Both the position numbers and the translations under genes were made by a program. The notes under the pieces were generated by a model. That model did no database searches. It was not told where the DNA came from and saw nothing but the letters and a program-made list of their open reading frames with translations. From the IMG/VR virus record IMGVR_UViG_3300033145_000192, positions 64,001-128,000 of that record: a stretch of DNA of 64,000 bases, one strand, 5' to 3'. Within the stretch, counting starts at the first letter, position 1. Every line of letters starts with the position of its first letter. Shown one piece after another: positions 9,080 through 18,072 of the stretch. Origin of the DNA: a virus.

Positions 9080-9722
9080 CGCCTTCCGATTCTTCCCGCT
9101 CACCAACCATCTTCTTTGCAAAATCGTAAAGCTTCATATCCCACTCATTGTAGCCAAGCACCAATTCTACGTCCTTCTTAGGAAGGTTTTTCACTTTATG
9201 ATTCTTTGTTTTGTTGTCATGTCCTAATCCACCTAGGCCATAGTCAGCCCTAAGTCGTCTAGCAAGCTTCCCTAGATTATCTGTGAACCCCACATACTTA
9301 ACAAGCTCAAGATTCCTAACTGCATCGTCATAGTGACATTCATGAATGGGCCCATGGTAGAGTAATCCAAGACCACACAGTTGCCGAACAGCCAAATTCT
9401 GCACATTCCAAGCACAAAGCTGCTCCATAAACTCAGCAAGCGGAGGCTTCTTCTTTGGAGCCTTTCTGTAATTATATGCAAACTTACTAAATACTCTTTC
9501 CGCTGGATGACGCAATATGGTTACATACTCACAACTGTCTGGATTATACTGATGAATGCCATATGGAATATGTCCAAGTAGTGCTTTTCTTTTCCGTTTA
9601 CGAGCCATCTCCATTCGTTCTTTCAAGTCGCTTTGATGCGAAACAATCATCGGATTAAGCACACTCATCATGCCTCTTAGTGAAATTCCGCCAGTTTTCG
9701 CTATGTGGATGAAGATAAGCAT
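9072..9722 (-). CDS. Sulfotransferase family 2 protein (carbohydrate sulfotransferase-like)
   Basis: FIHIAKTGGISL, LLGHIPYG, VTILRHPAERVFS are the classic HIPKTGG and R-x-P-x-x-R-x-x-S motifs. Confidence 0.8.
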   Translation of the reverse strand: MLIFIHIAKTGGISLRGMMSVLNPMIVSHQSDLKERMEMARKRKRKALLGHIPYGIHQYNPDSCEYVTILRHPAERVFSKFAYNYRKAPKKKPPLAEFMEQLCAWNVQNLAVRQLCGLGLLYHGPIHECHYDDAVRNLELVKYVGFTDNLGKLARRLRADYGLGGLGHDNKTKNHKVKNLPKKDVELVLGYNEWDMKLYDFAKKMVGEREESEGDD

Positions 9723-10492
9723 TACCTATCTTCTCTCTCCCCACGAACGAAGTGATACGTAATACAGTCACCAACGAGATAGTTTGGAATTCCAGCATGC
9801 TGATATTTGTCATGAATGATGACATCGCCAGTTATCCCACCAACGATTGTGGGCATTGGACCGAACTTCTTCCAGTATTTCCTGTCCTGCAACCAGCTAC
9901 ATCCATCAGTCCTAGGAGGTCCGTTAATCATCCTAGTAGGTTTCTTCCAGTGCTCTAGGCACTCTAGAATGGTATATGGTCCAGGCTTCACTATCTCCTC
10001 ACAAAACTTAACGAACTCGTCTTCCTTGTAGGTGTCATATGTGAGCCCAAAATCGCGGCAAAAATGTCTGGAGCCAGGGTGACTAAGCATGGACTCTACG
10101 GTCTGCGCCTGTAGGATTGCATCTCCTTGGAGGTCGTTGTAGCAATCGAGTATGGTAGCGAACGAACCTGGGAACCAAGTCTGGTCACTTCCACCACGGA
10201 AAACTAGTGGATGCTCGCCAAGTGTGTAGCCCAAGTTCCAACAGTCATAGAGGCGTTTGATGAAAGGCTTGCTCGGGTCCTCGTAGTGTAGATGATACTT
10301 GATGTCATGCTGCTCACAAATAGCAACAAGCTCGTCTGTTACTGCTTGGGGAATCTTCGCATTGTAGTAGATGATGACGTTAAACGTCCACACGTCTCGT
10401 GTAAGTCCAGCGTTGCGTAGGACATTGTCTACATGTCCCCTAAAGAGTCCAGGGTCTCTACCAATAATCGTATAGTAATCCATCGTTAACAT
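9722..10492 (-). CDS. Putative GT-A fold (GT2-like) glycosyltransferase
   Basis: VFRGGSDQTWFPG (DxD-like position), GDVIIHDK..AG and TYHFVRG C-terminal motif; start ATG 10492. Assignment is tentative. Confidence 0.45.
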   Translation of the reverse strand: MLTMDYYTIIGRDPGLFRGHVDNVLRNAGLTRDVWTFNVIIYYNAKIPQAVTDELVAICEQHDIKYHLHYEDPSKPFIKRLYDCWNLGYTLGEHPLVFRGGSDQTWFPGSFATILDCYNDLQGDAILQAQTVESMLSHPGSRHFCRDFGLTYDTYKEDEFVKFCEEIVKPGPYTILECLEHWKKPTRMINGPPRTDGCSWLQDRKYWKKFGPMPTIVGGITGDVIIHDKYQHAGIPNYLVGDCITYHFVRGEREDR

Positions 10493-11166
10493 ACTAATCC
10501 CCGCTTCCAGCCATACATACATGACTGCTTCGTGTCCCTTATTCCAGTATATCTTACCTTAAACCCAAACTGTTCCATTTCATCCCTCATAACGGACCCA
10601 GAAAGGTGCTGGTCTCCCAGTGGGAATTTCTTGTTTTGGTTATTGTCGTATGCCTTACCCCACGGAAGATGGATAACAATAATCTTGCCGAGCTTATCTA
10701 ACTTGGCGAAAGTATCCGCCCACTCATCCCTATTGATATGCTCGGGTCCATGGGACCATAGAATAAGGTCAAATGGTCCTATGTCCAACTCGTCAATCTT
10801 GCGAACATCTCCAAGATGACACTTGTCGATGTATTCTCGGTTTGCTCCCTTGACGGCCCTCATCTTTTTAATTCGGCTCGCAACCAACTCTAGGTTTTCA
10901 AATCTATTTATGTCGAAAAGCCAGTTGTATACCTTGAGCCACTTGATGGTTTCCCCATGCTCTCCCAGTCCCACATTCAGCAACGAATTGATTTCTGGAA
11001 CCGCTGTAGCAATCTCCTTATACATTTCAGCAAACCCCACCCCTTTGCCTATGCCTCTTTTTGGATTAGACTTTGGTGGAAACTTCTTGTGTGCGTTATC
11101 CCAACATTTCGCGAATATCTGAGAGCGCATAAGGATTTTCTTTACTTCTGCCGGGTCTAACAACAT
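10486..11166 (-). CDS. Class I SAM-dependent methyltransferase-like (paralogue of 6468..7037)
   Basis: SLLNVGLG, GDVRKID, FDLILWSHGPEH, IHLPWG; start 11166 after a GGAG RBS, overlapping the wecB 3' end. Confidence 0.65.
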   Translation of the reverse strand: MLLDPAEVKKILMRSQIFAKCWDNAHKKFPPKSNPKRGIGKGVGFAEMYKEIATAVPEINSLLNVGLGEHGETIKWLKVYNWLFDINRFENLELVASRIKKMRAVKGANREYIDKCHLGDVRKIDELDIGPFDLILWSHGPEHINRDEWADTFAKLDKLGKIIVIHLPWGKAYDNNQNKKFPLGDQHLSGSVMRDEMEQFGFKVRYTGIRDTKQSCMYGWKRGLVC

Positions 11167-12316
11167 TGAAATGCTCCAGTATGAATGGGTCAAGTATAGG
11201 AATGGAGCTTCCAAGCTCTACCCTGTTGAAATATCTTCTCTTGCCATCAAGCCTCTTTACAAGGTTCTCGACAATGCGCTCCGAACTCTTACCATCTCCT
11301 AGAGTAAAATCTTCATTGAGCGTGCCAGTCAATGCTAGCTCCGTAGCTTCTTCAATCGCACTACTGTATGGGCTACTCATAAACGTGATGCCAGACTTAA
11401 ATGTCTCTGGCCTTTCTGTTGCTTCTCTCGTTACAACACATGGAGTCCCAAGTAGCGCCGAAACCTCCTGGTTGGTTCCGCTGTCAGTATACTCAATCAT
11501 CGCATTGGCCTCAAGGCGAATGAAATCGAAAAATCCCAATGGAGGCATTGTGTGGAAGTGTTGCGGATACTTGATTCCTAGCTTCTTCAGTCTCGGCATC
11601 TCAATGAGTATTACCGGAATTCCAAGTTTCTTGGTTGTCTCTCCTACAGTTCGGATAATTCCCTCTGCCATTCCCTTTATCTCTACGTGCTCATTCCTAT
11701 GCAACGTCATCAACGCATACTCGCCAGGTTTGCATGGAAGTGGCGCAATTCCCTTGTGCATCCAATCCAATTTATCTCGGTGTTCATTCACCACATCGAC
11801 AATTACATTTCCAACAACCTCAATCCTAGTTGGCTCAACGCCTTCTCTTACTAGGTTAATCTTGTAGTCATGCTGATACACATACAGGATATCACTTACT
11901 CTATCAATCAAAACTCTGTTGCGCTCCTCTGGCATCTTCCAGTTAAAAGAACGCATACCTGCTTCGATGTGTGCGATAGGAATACCCATCTTTAGCGGAG
12001 CTACGCATCCAATAGTGGCGTTCGCATCTCCTAGGAACAAACAAACGTCTGGTTGAAGCTTCTCAAGCTCTTGCCCCAATTGCATAATCAATTGGCTATG
12101 CTGCCCAAAATGACTATCGGCCCTAGTTTGCAACTGAATGTCTGGGCGTGGCACGCCTAACTCATCAAAGAAGATGTCACTCAGATTATGGTCATAGTGC
12201 TGACCTGTATGTAGGAATGTAGCCTCTACGTTTGGATGCTCCTTAAGCAACCTCAAAACAATTGATGTCCTAATGAAATCTGGGCGGATGCCCAGAACTA
12301 CTGCAACCTTGTGCAT
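11096..12316 (-). CDS. wecB: UDP-N-acetylglucosamine 2-epimerase (non-hydrolysing), WecB/FnlC family
   Basis: VLGIRPDFI, HTGQHYD, LGDAN, AHIEAGMRSFNWKMPEERNR, LHRNE, TDSG..QE, RE.TERPE, GDGKSSERI. Confidence 0.92.
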   Translation of the reverse strand: MHKVAVVLGIRPDFIRTSIVLRLLKEHPNVEATFLHTGQHYDHNLSDIFFDELGVPRPDIQLQTRADSHFGQHSQLIMQLGQELEKLQPDVCLFLGDANATIGCVAPLKMGIPIAHIEAGMRSFNWKMPEERNRVLIDRVSDILYVYQHDYKINLVREGVEPTRIEVVGNVIVDVVNEHRDKLDWMHKGIAPLPCKPGEYALMTLHRNEHVEIKGMAEGIIRTVGETTKKLGIPVILIEMPRLKKLGIKYPQHFHTMPPLGFFDFIRLEANAMIEYTDSGTNQEVSALLGTPCVVTREATERPETFKSGITFMSSPYSSAIEEATELALTGTLNEDFTLGDGKSSERIVENLVKRLDGKRRYFNRVELGSSIPILDPFILEHFNVVRPGRSKENPYALSDIREMLG

Positions 12317-12323
12317 TTAACCC

Positions 12324-13172
12324 TCAAATTCGGCGCATATCCCGTTCGTATTCCGCCATCTCTTCTATCATTCCTGCGAAGTCTTGCGGAATAACCAAAT
12401 CATTCAATCCTCTCTCCGTCCTTAGAGAGCGGTTGATACCAATGTCTGTTTCGTGCGGATTTACCTTAATTTCGAACCCGAACTGCCTAATGATTTCTGA
12501 TACCAACTCAAACTTGGTAACATCAGAAGAGAATACGTGAAATAGGCTAGGCTCATACAAGTCTTCAAATATGATGTCATAAATGATGCGCCCCAACTCA
12601 AGTGTCGTCACTCCGTTCCAAACGTGGTTCGTGAACCCGTTTATCTCTTTTCCATCTTGGCTTCTCAGCCACTCCAATAGGCTCCGACTTCTGCCGCCAA
12701 ACTCCGGACCAATGATGCTTGTCCGCAACACCATGCAGTCATCTGGTTCACCCAAACTCTTGGACTTGCCATACGAATCTAATGCATTGTGCTTGTCGGT
12801 TTCCTTGTATTCACCCCTCCAGCCGTCATAGACGCAATCTGTCGTAATGTGAACAATTCTCGTATTTGTTAGTGTTCCCCACGTTGATAGTTGACGCGGG
12901 AAGATAGCATTTGTATAGATAGCATTCGCCACATCCGTAGGATTCGCAAACATTGGCTTAATCGCACCAATGCAGTTGATGACATAATCAACTCTGAACC
13001 CTAGTAGCGTCGAAAGCTTAGTTCCTATCTGATTGAGTGTCCTTGGCTCAATAACCAACGCCTCTCTTCCGTAGGCATTGATATCCATGTAAGTCCCCAC
13101 GGACTTTGACTTGAGCGTATGTTCTACCATATGCCCAAGCATTCCAGTTCGACCCAATATCGCTATCTTCAT
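12324..13172 (-). CDS. rmlD: RmlD-like NDP-4-keto-6-deoxysugar reductase
   Basis: ILGRTGMLG, VINCIG, HITTDCVYDG, YGKSKSLGE, RTSIIGPE. Confidence 0.85.
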   Translation of the reverse strand: MKIAILGRTGMLGHMVEHTLKSKSVGTYMDINAYGREALVIEPRTLNQIGTKLSTLLGFRVDYVINCIGAIKPMFANPTDVANAIYTNAIFPRQLSTWGTLTNTRIVHITTDCVYDGWRGEYKETDKHNALDSYGKSKSLGEPDDCMVLRTSIIGPEFGGRSRSLLEWLRSQDGKEINGFTNHVWNGVTTLELGRIIYDIIFEDLYEPSLFHVFSSDVTKFELVSEIIRQFGFEIKVNPHETDIGINRSLRTERGLNDLVIPQDFAGMIEEMAEYERDMRRI

Positions 13173-13618
13173 CTGTTTTCCACACCAAAGATGATGTTGA
13201 TGTCTTCGTCTGAGACTTTCATTCTGTGGTCGTCCTTCTTCACTTCTTCGAAGCTAAGAGTAGAATAAACGAGCATTCTGGTATCTTCCTCAAGCGTTAC
13301 GGTTCCGTTATACCAACCTGGTGGAATCCAAATAATGCCTGGCTTCCTATCGCTTAGTGTCGCTACTGTAACCTCGGCTGGATTGTCCATCCTTCTGGCT
13401 GCAATCTTGGCTGTCCCCTTAATCACATGGATACCAGTCCAGCCCTTTTTGTGTCCGTGCCATGCACGAATCAGTCCAGAATTCCAATTCTGGATTACGT
13501 AAGTTCTGCTGATATCAAACTGTATCTCGTGGTTTCCGATGTTGTCTACTGGACAGTAAACACTACCTCTATCATCAACATACAATGGAAAGTATACGAC
13601 TTCTGGCTGCCTATCCAC
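13169..13618 (-). CDS. RmlC/FdtA-like cupin sugar epimerase
   Basis: DDRGSV, IRAWHGHK, IWIPPGWYNG cupin motifs. Confidence 0.8.
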   Translation of the reverse strand: MDRQPEVVYFPLYVDDRGSVYCPVDNIGNHEIQFDISRTYVIQNWNSGLIRAWHGHKKGWTGIHVIKGTAKIAARRMDNPAEVTVATLSDRKPGIIWIPPGWYNGTVTLEEDTRMLVYSTLSFEEVKKDDHRMKVSDEDINIIFGVENR

Positions 13619-14573
13619 TCATCACCTCTCCTACATATTGTGCGTTGTGGAATCTCTTGTCCCACACGTCAGCTATTCTGCCCTCATTCATGACCTTAAT
13701 CATTTCAGAGACTCCAGTATGCACTGATATGCCTGCGATAAATCCACTATTCTTCGCCTTGGCATTGTCAACTCTATAGTTTCTCAAGTCCTCAAACTTC
13801 ATATCAGTTCTGGTAATGTCACCCTTACCGGCACACAGAATGATACGTTCTGCTAGGTCAATGATTCTCATGTTCGACCTTGAAAGCACCCATGTTCCAT
13901 TGTCGGGCAACACTGCTGCTTGCGCGAATATCTGGCCAGCATCACGGACATGAAGGAGCGGCCTCCATTGCTCTCCACCGAATACAGTCAACGGCTTACC
14001 TTGCATTACCCTATATGTAAGGATGTTCGCCACAAGGTCGCACCTAATCCTGGCATGCTCGGTGCTCAGACCAAATAGAGTGCCCAGGCGGAAAATCGCG
14101 TGAGATGGAACCTTGCTTACTGCGGCCTCAGCATTTAGCTTTGTCCCTGCATACAAACTAAGAGGATTGGTGGCACTCTCTTCGTCTAAGAGGTCATTGT
14201 TAGCTCCGTAGACGCTGCACGTTGAGGCAAATATCATTCGCACACCGAACTTGGTGCAGAGGTGAGCAATCCTATTGGTTGCCAATTCATTTACATCGAC
14301 CGTGAATGCCTGATTTACCTGACATGCGCCATCGCCAACGATTCCAGCCAAGTGAACTAGTGAGTCGTAATTCTCACTTTTCATACAAAGACGCATGAAG
14401 GTATAGTCAGTGATATCGCCACGAATGAATTTAACACCACGACGCATATACATTCCGCCATACATGAGGTTGTCCAAGACTGTGACCTCGTGACCATCAT
14501 TGACTAGATGTTCAGCAACACAATCTCCAATATATCCCGCCCCACCCGTTATGAGTATCTTAGCCATCTCCAC
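13611..14573 (-). CDS. NAD-dependent epimerase/dehydratase (extended SDR)
   Basis: ILITGGAGYIG, HLAGIVGD, FASTCSVYG, YAGTK, FRLGTLFG, WRPLLHVRD. Confidence 0.88.
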   Translation of the reverse strand: MEMAKILITGGAGYIGDCVAEHLVNDGHEVTVLDNLMYGGMYMRRGVKFIRGDITDYTFMRLCMKSENYDSLVHLAGIVGDGACQVNQAFTVDVNELATNRIAHLCTKFGVRMIFASTCSVYGANNDLLDEESATNPLSLYAGTKLNAEAAVSKVPSHAIFRLGTLFGLSTEHARIRCDLVANILTYRVMQGKPLTVFGGEQWRPLLHVRDAGQIFAQAAVLPDNGTWVLSRSNMRIIDLAERIILCAGKGDITRTDMKFEDLRNYRVDNAKAKNSGFIAGISVHTGVSEMIKVMNEGRIADVWDKRFHNAQYVGEVMSG

Positions 14574-14766
14574 CCGCCTTTATGTGTCGTAGAAAGTAAA
14601 GCGTCTTCCTTGTTGGATAACAGTTCGAAAGTGCCTTCTTGTCAAGGGGTAAACTTATTACACAAACAGGTCCACCACAATAGCAGACCTGTTCGCTTAA
14701 AGGCATTATCTCTTTACAATCAGCACACTCTCTAGCCCAAAAGGTGCTTTCTGAAGAACCATGCAC
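14560..14766 (-). CDS. Small Cys-containing hypothetical protein
   Basis: 68 aa with CADC..CYC; fills the gap between coupled genes. Confidence 0.4.
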   Translation of the reverse strand: MHGSSESTFWARECADCKEIMPLSEQVCYCGGPVCVISLPLDKKALSNCYPTRKTLYFLRHIKAGGDG

Positions 14767-15604
14767 AAATCAAAACTCCTAGTATCTCAAAAACCATAAG
14801 TGGATAGTATGGATTGATGTTAATTGGCTCACTTTGCTCTTCATAGATAAAGGCGAGTCCTCTTTCATCCAAACATGCTTTAATGTCTGCTGCTGGCACA
14901 TACTCGCACCAGTTGGCCAAAGGAACGTCATTTCTGGTTCTCATGTGGAGCATCATCATTCCATTCTCCGTTGGAACCATTAGTCTGATGTTGCCGTGCA
15001 TCTGTCCAAGTCCAAGCCTCGTAACGATTCCAGCGAGTTCTTGGTCCTGACTCCAGATTCCACCTCCACTATTACCTCTCCATACGGCTAGTCCTGCCCT
15101 GGCTAGTCCACCAACATCTGAAGATGCTCGACCTTCTGAAATGTTTGGGTCCGACCCACTAGTGCATCCGATGGCAAATACTCTTTCACCAAACTCAACG
15201 TCTGTTAGATGAATGTCGCTCTCTGGTGGATTTGGAACTTCTAGGACTGCAATGTCGTTGCCAGCATACGTTCCACAAAATACAACGGAAGCGGACTGAA
15301 TGTCTGCCACAGAGCCAAAGAACTCTACATCAAGATTCTTCTCCTCTGGGTCTAGTCGCTCGTTCATGTTGATATCGACACAATGCGCTGCTGTTAGGAT
15401 GTATCCTGTATTAAGTGTTACGCCTGTCCCATAAATCGTTCCTTGTGGGTGTGTCATTGTAACGCGGCACGTTGAGTGATACGCGCCCCACACAGAATCC
15501 TTCACAGCAATGTTTGAGGGCTGTGGCCAGAAGATGACCATTGCGGCAATGAGCCATCCTACTAGAACGGTAAAGGCAGTAAGCAAAAGTGTCTTTCTCA
15601 TCAT
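14732..15604 (-). CDS. Trypsin-like (S1) serine protease with N- and C-terminal transmembrane segments
   Basis: Triad motifs ILTAAHC, NDIAVL and GNSGGG; hydrophobic N-terminus (LLLTAFTVLVGWLIAAMVIFW) and C-terminus (LMVFEILGVLICAWFF then RKH). Confidence 0.8.
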   Translation of the reverse strand: MMRKTLLLTAFTVLVGWLIAAMVIFWPQPSNIAVKDSVWGAYHSTCRVTMTHPQGTIYGTGVTLNTGYILTAAHCVDINMNERLDPEEKNLDVEFFGSVADIQSASVVFCGTYAGNDIAVLEVPNPPESDIHLTDVEFGERVFAIGCTSGSDPNISEGRASSDVGGLARAGLAVWRGNSGGGIWSQDQELAGIVTRLGLGQMHGNIRLMVPTENGMMMLHMRTRNDVPLANWCEYVPAADIKACLDERGLAFIYEEQSEPININPYYPLMVFEILGVLICAWFFRKHLLG

Positions 15605-15605
15605 T

Positions 15606-16346
15606 TCAAACCTTACTAGCTATGGGTAGCTTAAAAACATCGTTGGCTGAATGTAGTGGCAAAGGATAATTAAACCAATCTTGTCTTGACCTCATTACAC
15701 TTAGGCCACGCTCATTGATTAGTCTATCCAGCTTCCATCCATCTTGGCCATGCTTCTTGTATAGCTGATACTTATACAGAATGTCCTCGTCTGAGGCAAA
15801 TCCATAATGAAGTAACTGTAGCTTAGTAAAGCCCTCATTGTCTGTCATACCAATAGGATAATTCGTAAGGTGAAGTCCCTTTTGGACCTTAAACTTCAAT
15901 CCTTCCGGCGGAATACGCCAAAGTCTGTTAAAGACTACATCGTTGTATGAGTTGTCCAGTCTATAGAAACACGGAGAACGCCAAAGGTTGACGGTATGAA
16001 ATGCCCAAGAGTCGAATTCTGCGGTTTCGCACAACTCTCTAACACCTCCGTCTTCACCAGCCTTCTCAACTACCTCATCACAATCAATACGCCAAACCCA
16101 ATCCGCACCCATGTCACGAATCATATCAAGCTGCATCTGCTTGTGTTCTAGTTCATTGGCAAAATCGTTTACTTCTCCCGAGATGACTTCTGCGCCAAAC
16201 TCACGATACACGTCAACAGACTTATCTGTAGAACAATCGTCATAAACACATATGTCATCACAATATCGACTTACGCTTCGTAAACATCTATAGAGGTTTC
16301 CTTGTTCAAGCTCATTGAATGCCTGTATCATTGCTACAATTTTCAT
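15606..16346 (-). CDS. Glycosyltransferase family 2
   Basis: AFNE, YDDCSTD, WVWRIDCDE (DxD), LLHYGF. Confidence 0.8.
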   Translation of the reverse strand: MKIVAMIQAFNELEQGNLYRCLRSVSRYCDDICVYDDCSTDKSVDVYREFGAEVISGEVNDFANELEHKQMQLDMIRDMGADWVWRIDCDEVVEKAGEDGGVRELCETAEFDSWAFHTVNLWRSPCFYRLDNSYNDVVFNRLWRIPPEGLKFKVQKGLHLTNYPIGMTDNEGFTKLQLLHYGFASDEDILYKYQLYKKHGQDGWKLDRLINERGLSVMRSRQDWFNYPLPLHSANDVFKLPIASKV

Positions 16347-17130
16347 TAACTAACTCCACCAGCCTTTTATCATAAACCATGGTAGTGGGTCCATGTGGTC
16401 CAGCATCAAACCACACGGAGCTGATATCAGCCAGTCGCAATGATTCTTCGTCTATAAGACGAGCGAGTGCTCTACCTGATTGGCCATGTTTCCTGTAGTT
16501 GAAATACTTGTCTAGGATAAACGAATCCTTGACAAATCCATAGTGAATCACCTTTAGCTTTGCTGTGTCTCTACCAATTATACCCTTCGGAACCAAGTCT
16601 TGGTGCAATCCTTCTTGCGGCTTGTAGTGTAACTCCGAAGTTAGCCTCCAAAGTCTACAAAATAGACCCTTGTTCCACAGTTCATCCACGCGATAGTATC
16701 GGTCTGTCCTCCACAAGTTGACGTTGAACAGATTGTAGGCTCCACGCTTGGCAGCCTCACACAATTCACGAACGCGCCCCTTCTCGCCTCTAGCTTCGAT
16801 GACCTCATCTACATCGAGCCAGATTACCCAGTCTGTGCCGATTTCTCTGCATTTACTGAGAGCTTCCGCCTTGTGCTCCATTTCGTGCTTAAAATCATTC
16901 TTCTGTCCATGGATGACGTGAATTTCTTTCAGTCTAACACCACACATACTGAGACTTTTCTTACACATCTCAAGATATCCGACACTACCATCAGTCGAGC
17001 AGTCATCATACATAACAAGAGCATCACAGTATTTAGCGATGCTCCTTATGAAACGACTCAAATTGGTCTGCTTGTCCCACCCAGCTTTCGTGTGTTCGTT
17101 GAACATTTGGGCCATACATGTTAGTTTCAT
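16312..17130 (-). CDS. Glycosyltransferase family 2 (tandem paralogue of 15606..16346)
   Basis: MFNE, YDDCSTDGS, WVIWLDVDE, IHYGF. Confidence 0.8.
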   Translation of the reverse strand: MKLTCMAQMFNEHTKAGWDKQTNLSRFIRSIAKYCDALVMYDDCSTDGSVGYLEMCKKSLSMCGVRLKEIHVIHGQKNDFKHEMEHKAEALSKCREIGTDWVIWLDVDEVIEARGEKGRVRELCEAAKRGAYNLFNVNLWRTDRYYRVDELWNKGLFCRLWRLTSELHYKPQEGLHQDLVPKGIIGRDTAKLKVIHYGFVKDSFILDKYFNYRKHGQSGRALARLIDEESLRLADISSVWFDAGPHGPTTMVYDKRLVELVNENCSNDTGIQ

Positions 17131-18056
17131 CTAACCTCTTCCCCTCTTAGTCTTCCCACAATGGTTGCAAGTTTACGAGCATAGAACTCATAGGAAAGAA
17201 AGCCTACGCCAGCCCTGCGGCTGACCGATGGTGCCAGAATGGTATGTAGGATGCTTGCCAATTCATCCGTGGCGTTTGGCGGAAACAGATAGTCCACCGG
17301 AAGGTCTGCACCACACCAGCCGACATTTGCTGCGATGATAGGAATGCCCTTGGCATTTGCCTCAATCACGCTCATTGGGCCGCCCTCCCACAAGGAAGGA
17401 ATTAGGAGGTAGTCAATCTTGTCATACTCTTGGGCGTAGCCTTCTGGATATGACAGGTTTGTATCTCCAAGGTCAGTGACCTCCATGCCAAATGCTTCCA
17501 TCTTTTCAACGACCGGACCCCAGTCATTGCCTACAAAGTGCCACTTGAATGAGTCAAGTATCCACATATGTTTGTCAAGCATCTCTGACATGAAATGGAA
17601 TCCCTTACCCTCATACTTACCACGCTGGAAAATTCCGATAGTGGGCTTCTTCAAGTAGAAACCTTCTGGAATCTCACCAGGGTAAATGAGGTCCATCTTG
17701 GACTCCGGATAGAACTGCTTGAACACATCATAGTATCTAGTGCATTTGTGAACTATGAAATCAAGCTTGAGCCAATGTGGCTGAATGTGCTTTTGGTCAT
17801 TCTCATGTAGATGGGTAAAGTAGCCAATATCAAGAACTGAAGTGGGTCCGCGATAACAGTTCTGGATATCTACGTAGTAATTGGCTGCACAGTCTACCCT
17901 TGGGACATGGGACAATCTCCAGCGAATTCCTTCTTTGATTGTTCCATTATGCGGCTGTCTAGTGTGCAAGTCTTGCCTGTTCCCAGCCTCTACAATTCGT
18001 TCGGCTATCTTCTGAAGAATCCAGCCTGATGATACGGTTACGACATTTATGTGCAT
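17127..18056 (-). CDS. Glycosyltransferase family 4 (GT-B)
   Basis: KGFH, DYLLIPSLWEGGPMSVIEANAKGIPIIAANVG; likely start ATG 18056. Confidence 0.8.
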   Translation of the reverse strand: MHINVVTVSSGWILQKIAERIVEAGNRQDLHTRQPHNGTIKEGIRWRLSHVPRVDCAANYYVDIQNCYRGPTSVLDIGYFTHLHENDQKHIQPHWLKLDFIVHKCTRYYDVFKQFYPESKMDLIYPGEIPEGFYLKKPTIGIFQRGKYEGKGFHFMSEMLDKHMWILDSFKWHFVGNDWGPVVEKMEAFGMEVTDLGDTNLSYPEGYAQEYDKIDYLLIPSLWEGGPMSVIEANAKGIPIIAANVGWCGADLPVDYLFPPNATDELASILHTILAPSVSRRAGVGFLSYEFYARKLATIVGRLRGEEVR

Positions 18057-18072
18057 GATAACCCCGTGTGAG

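Noticed and set aside
11096-11214. wecB/methyltransferase overlap as a frameshift error
   Set aside because: Both proteins are complete and the downstream gene has its own GGAG RBS and ATG at 11166.
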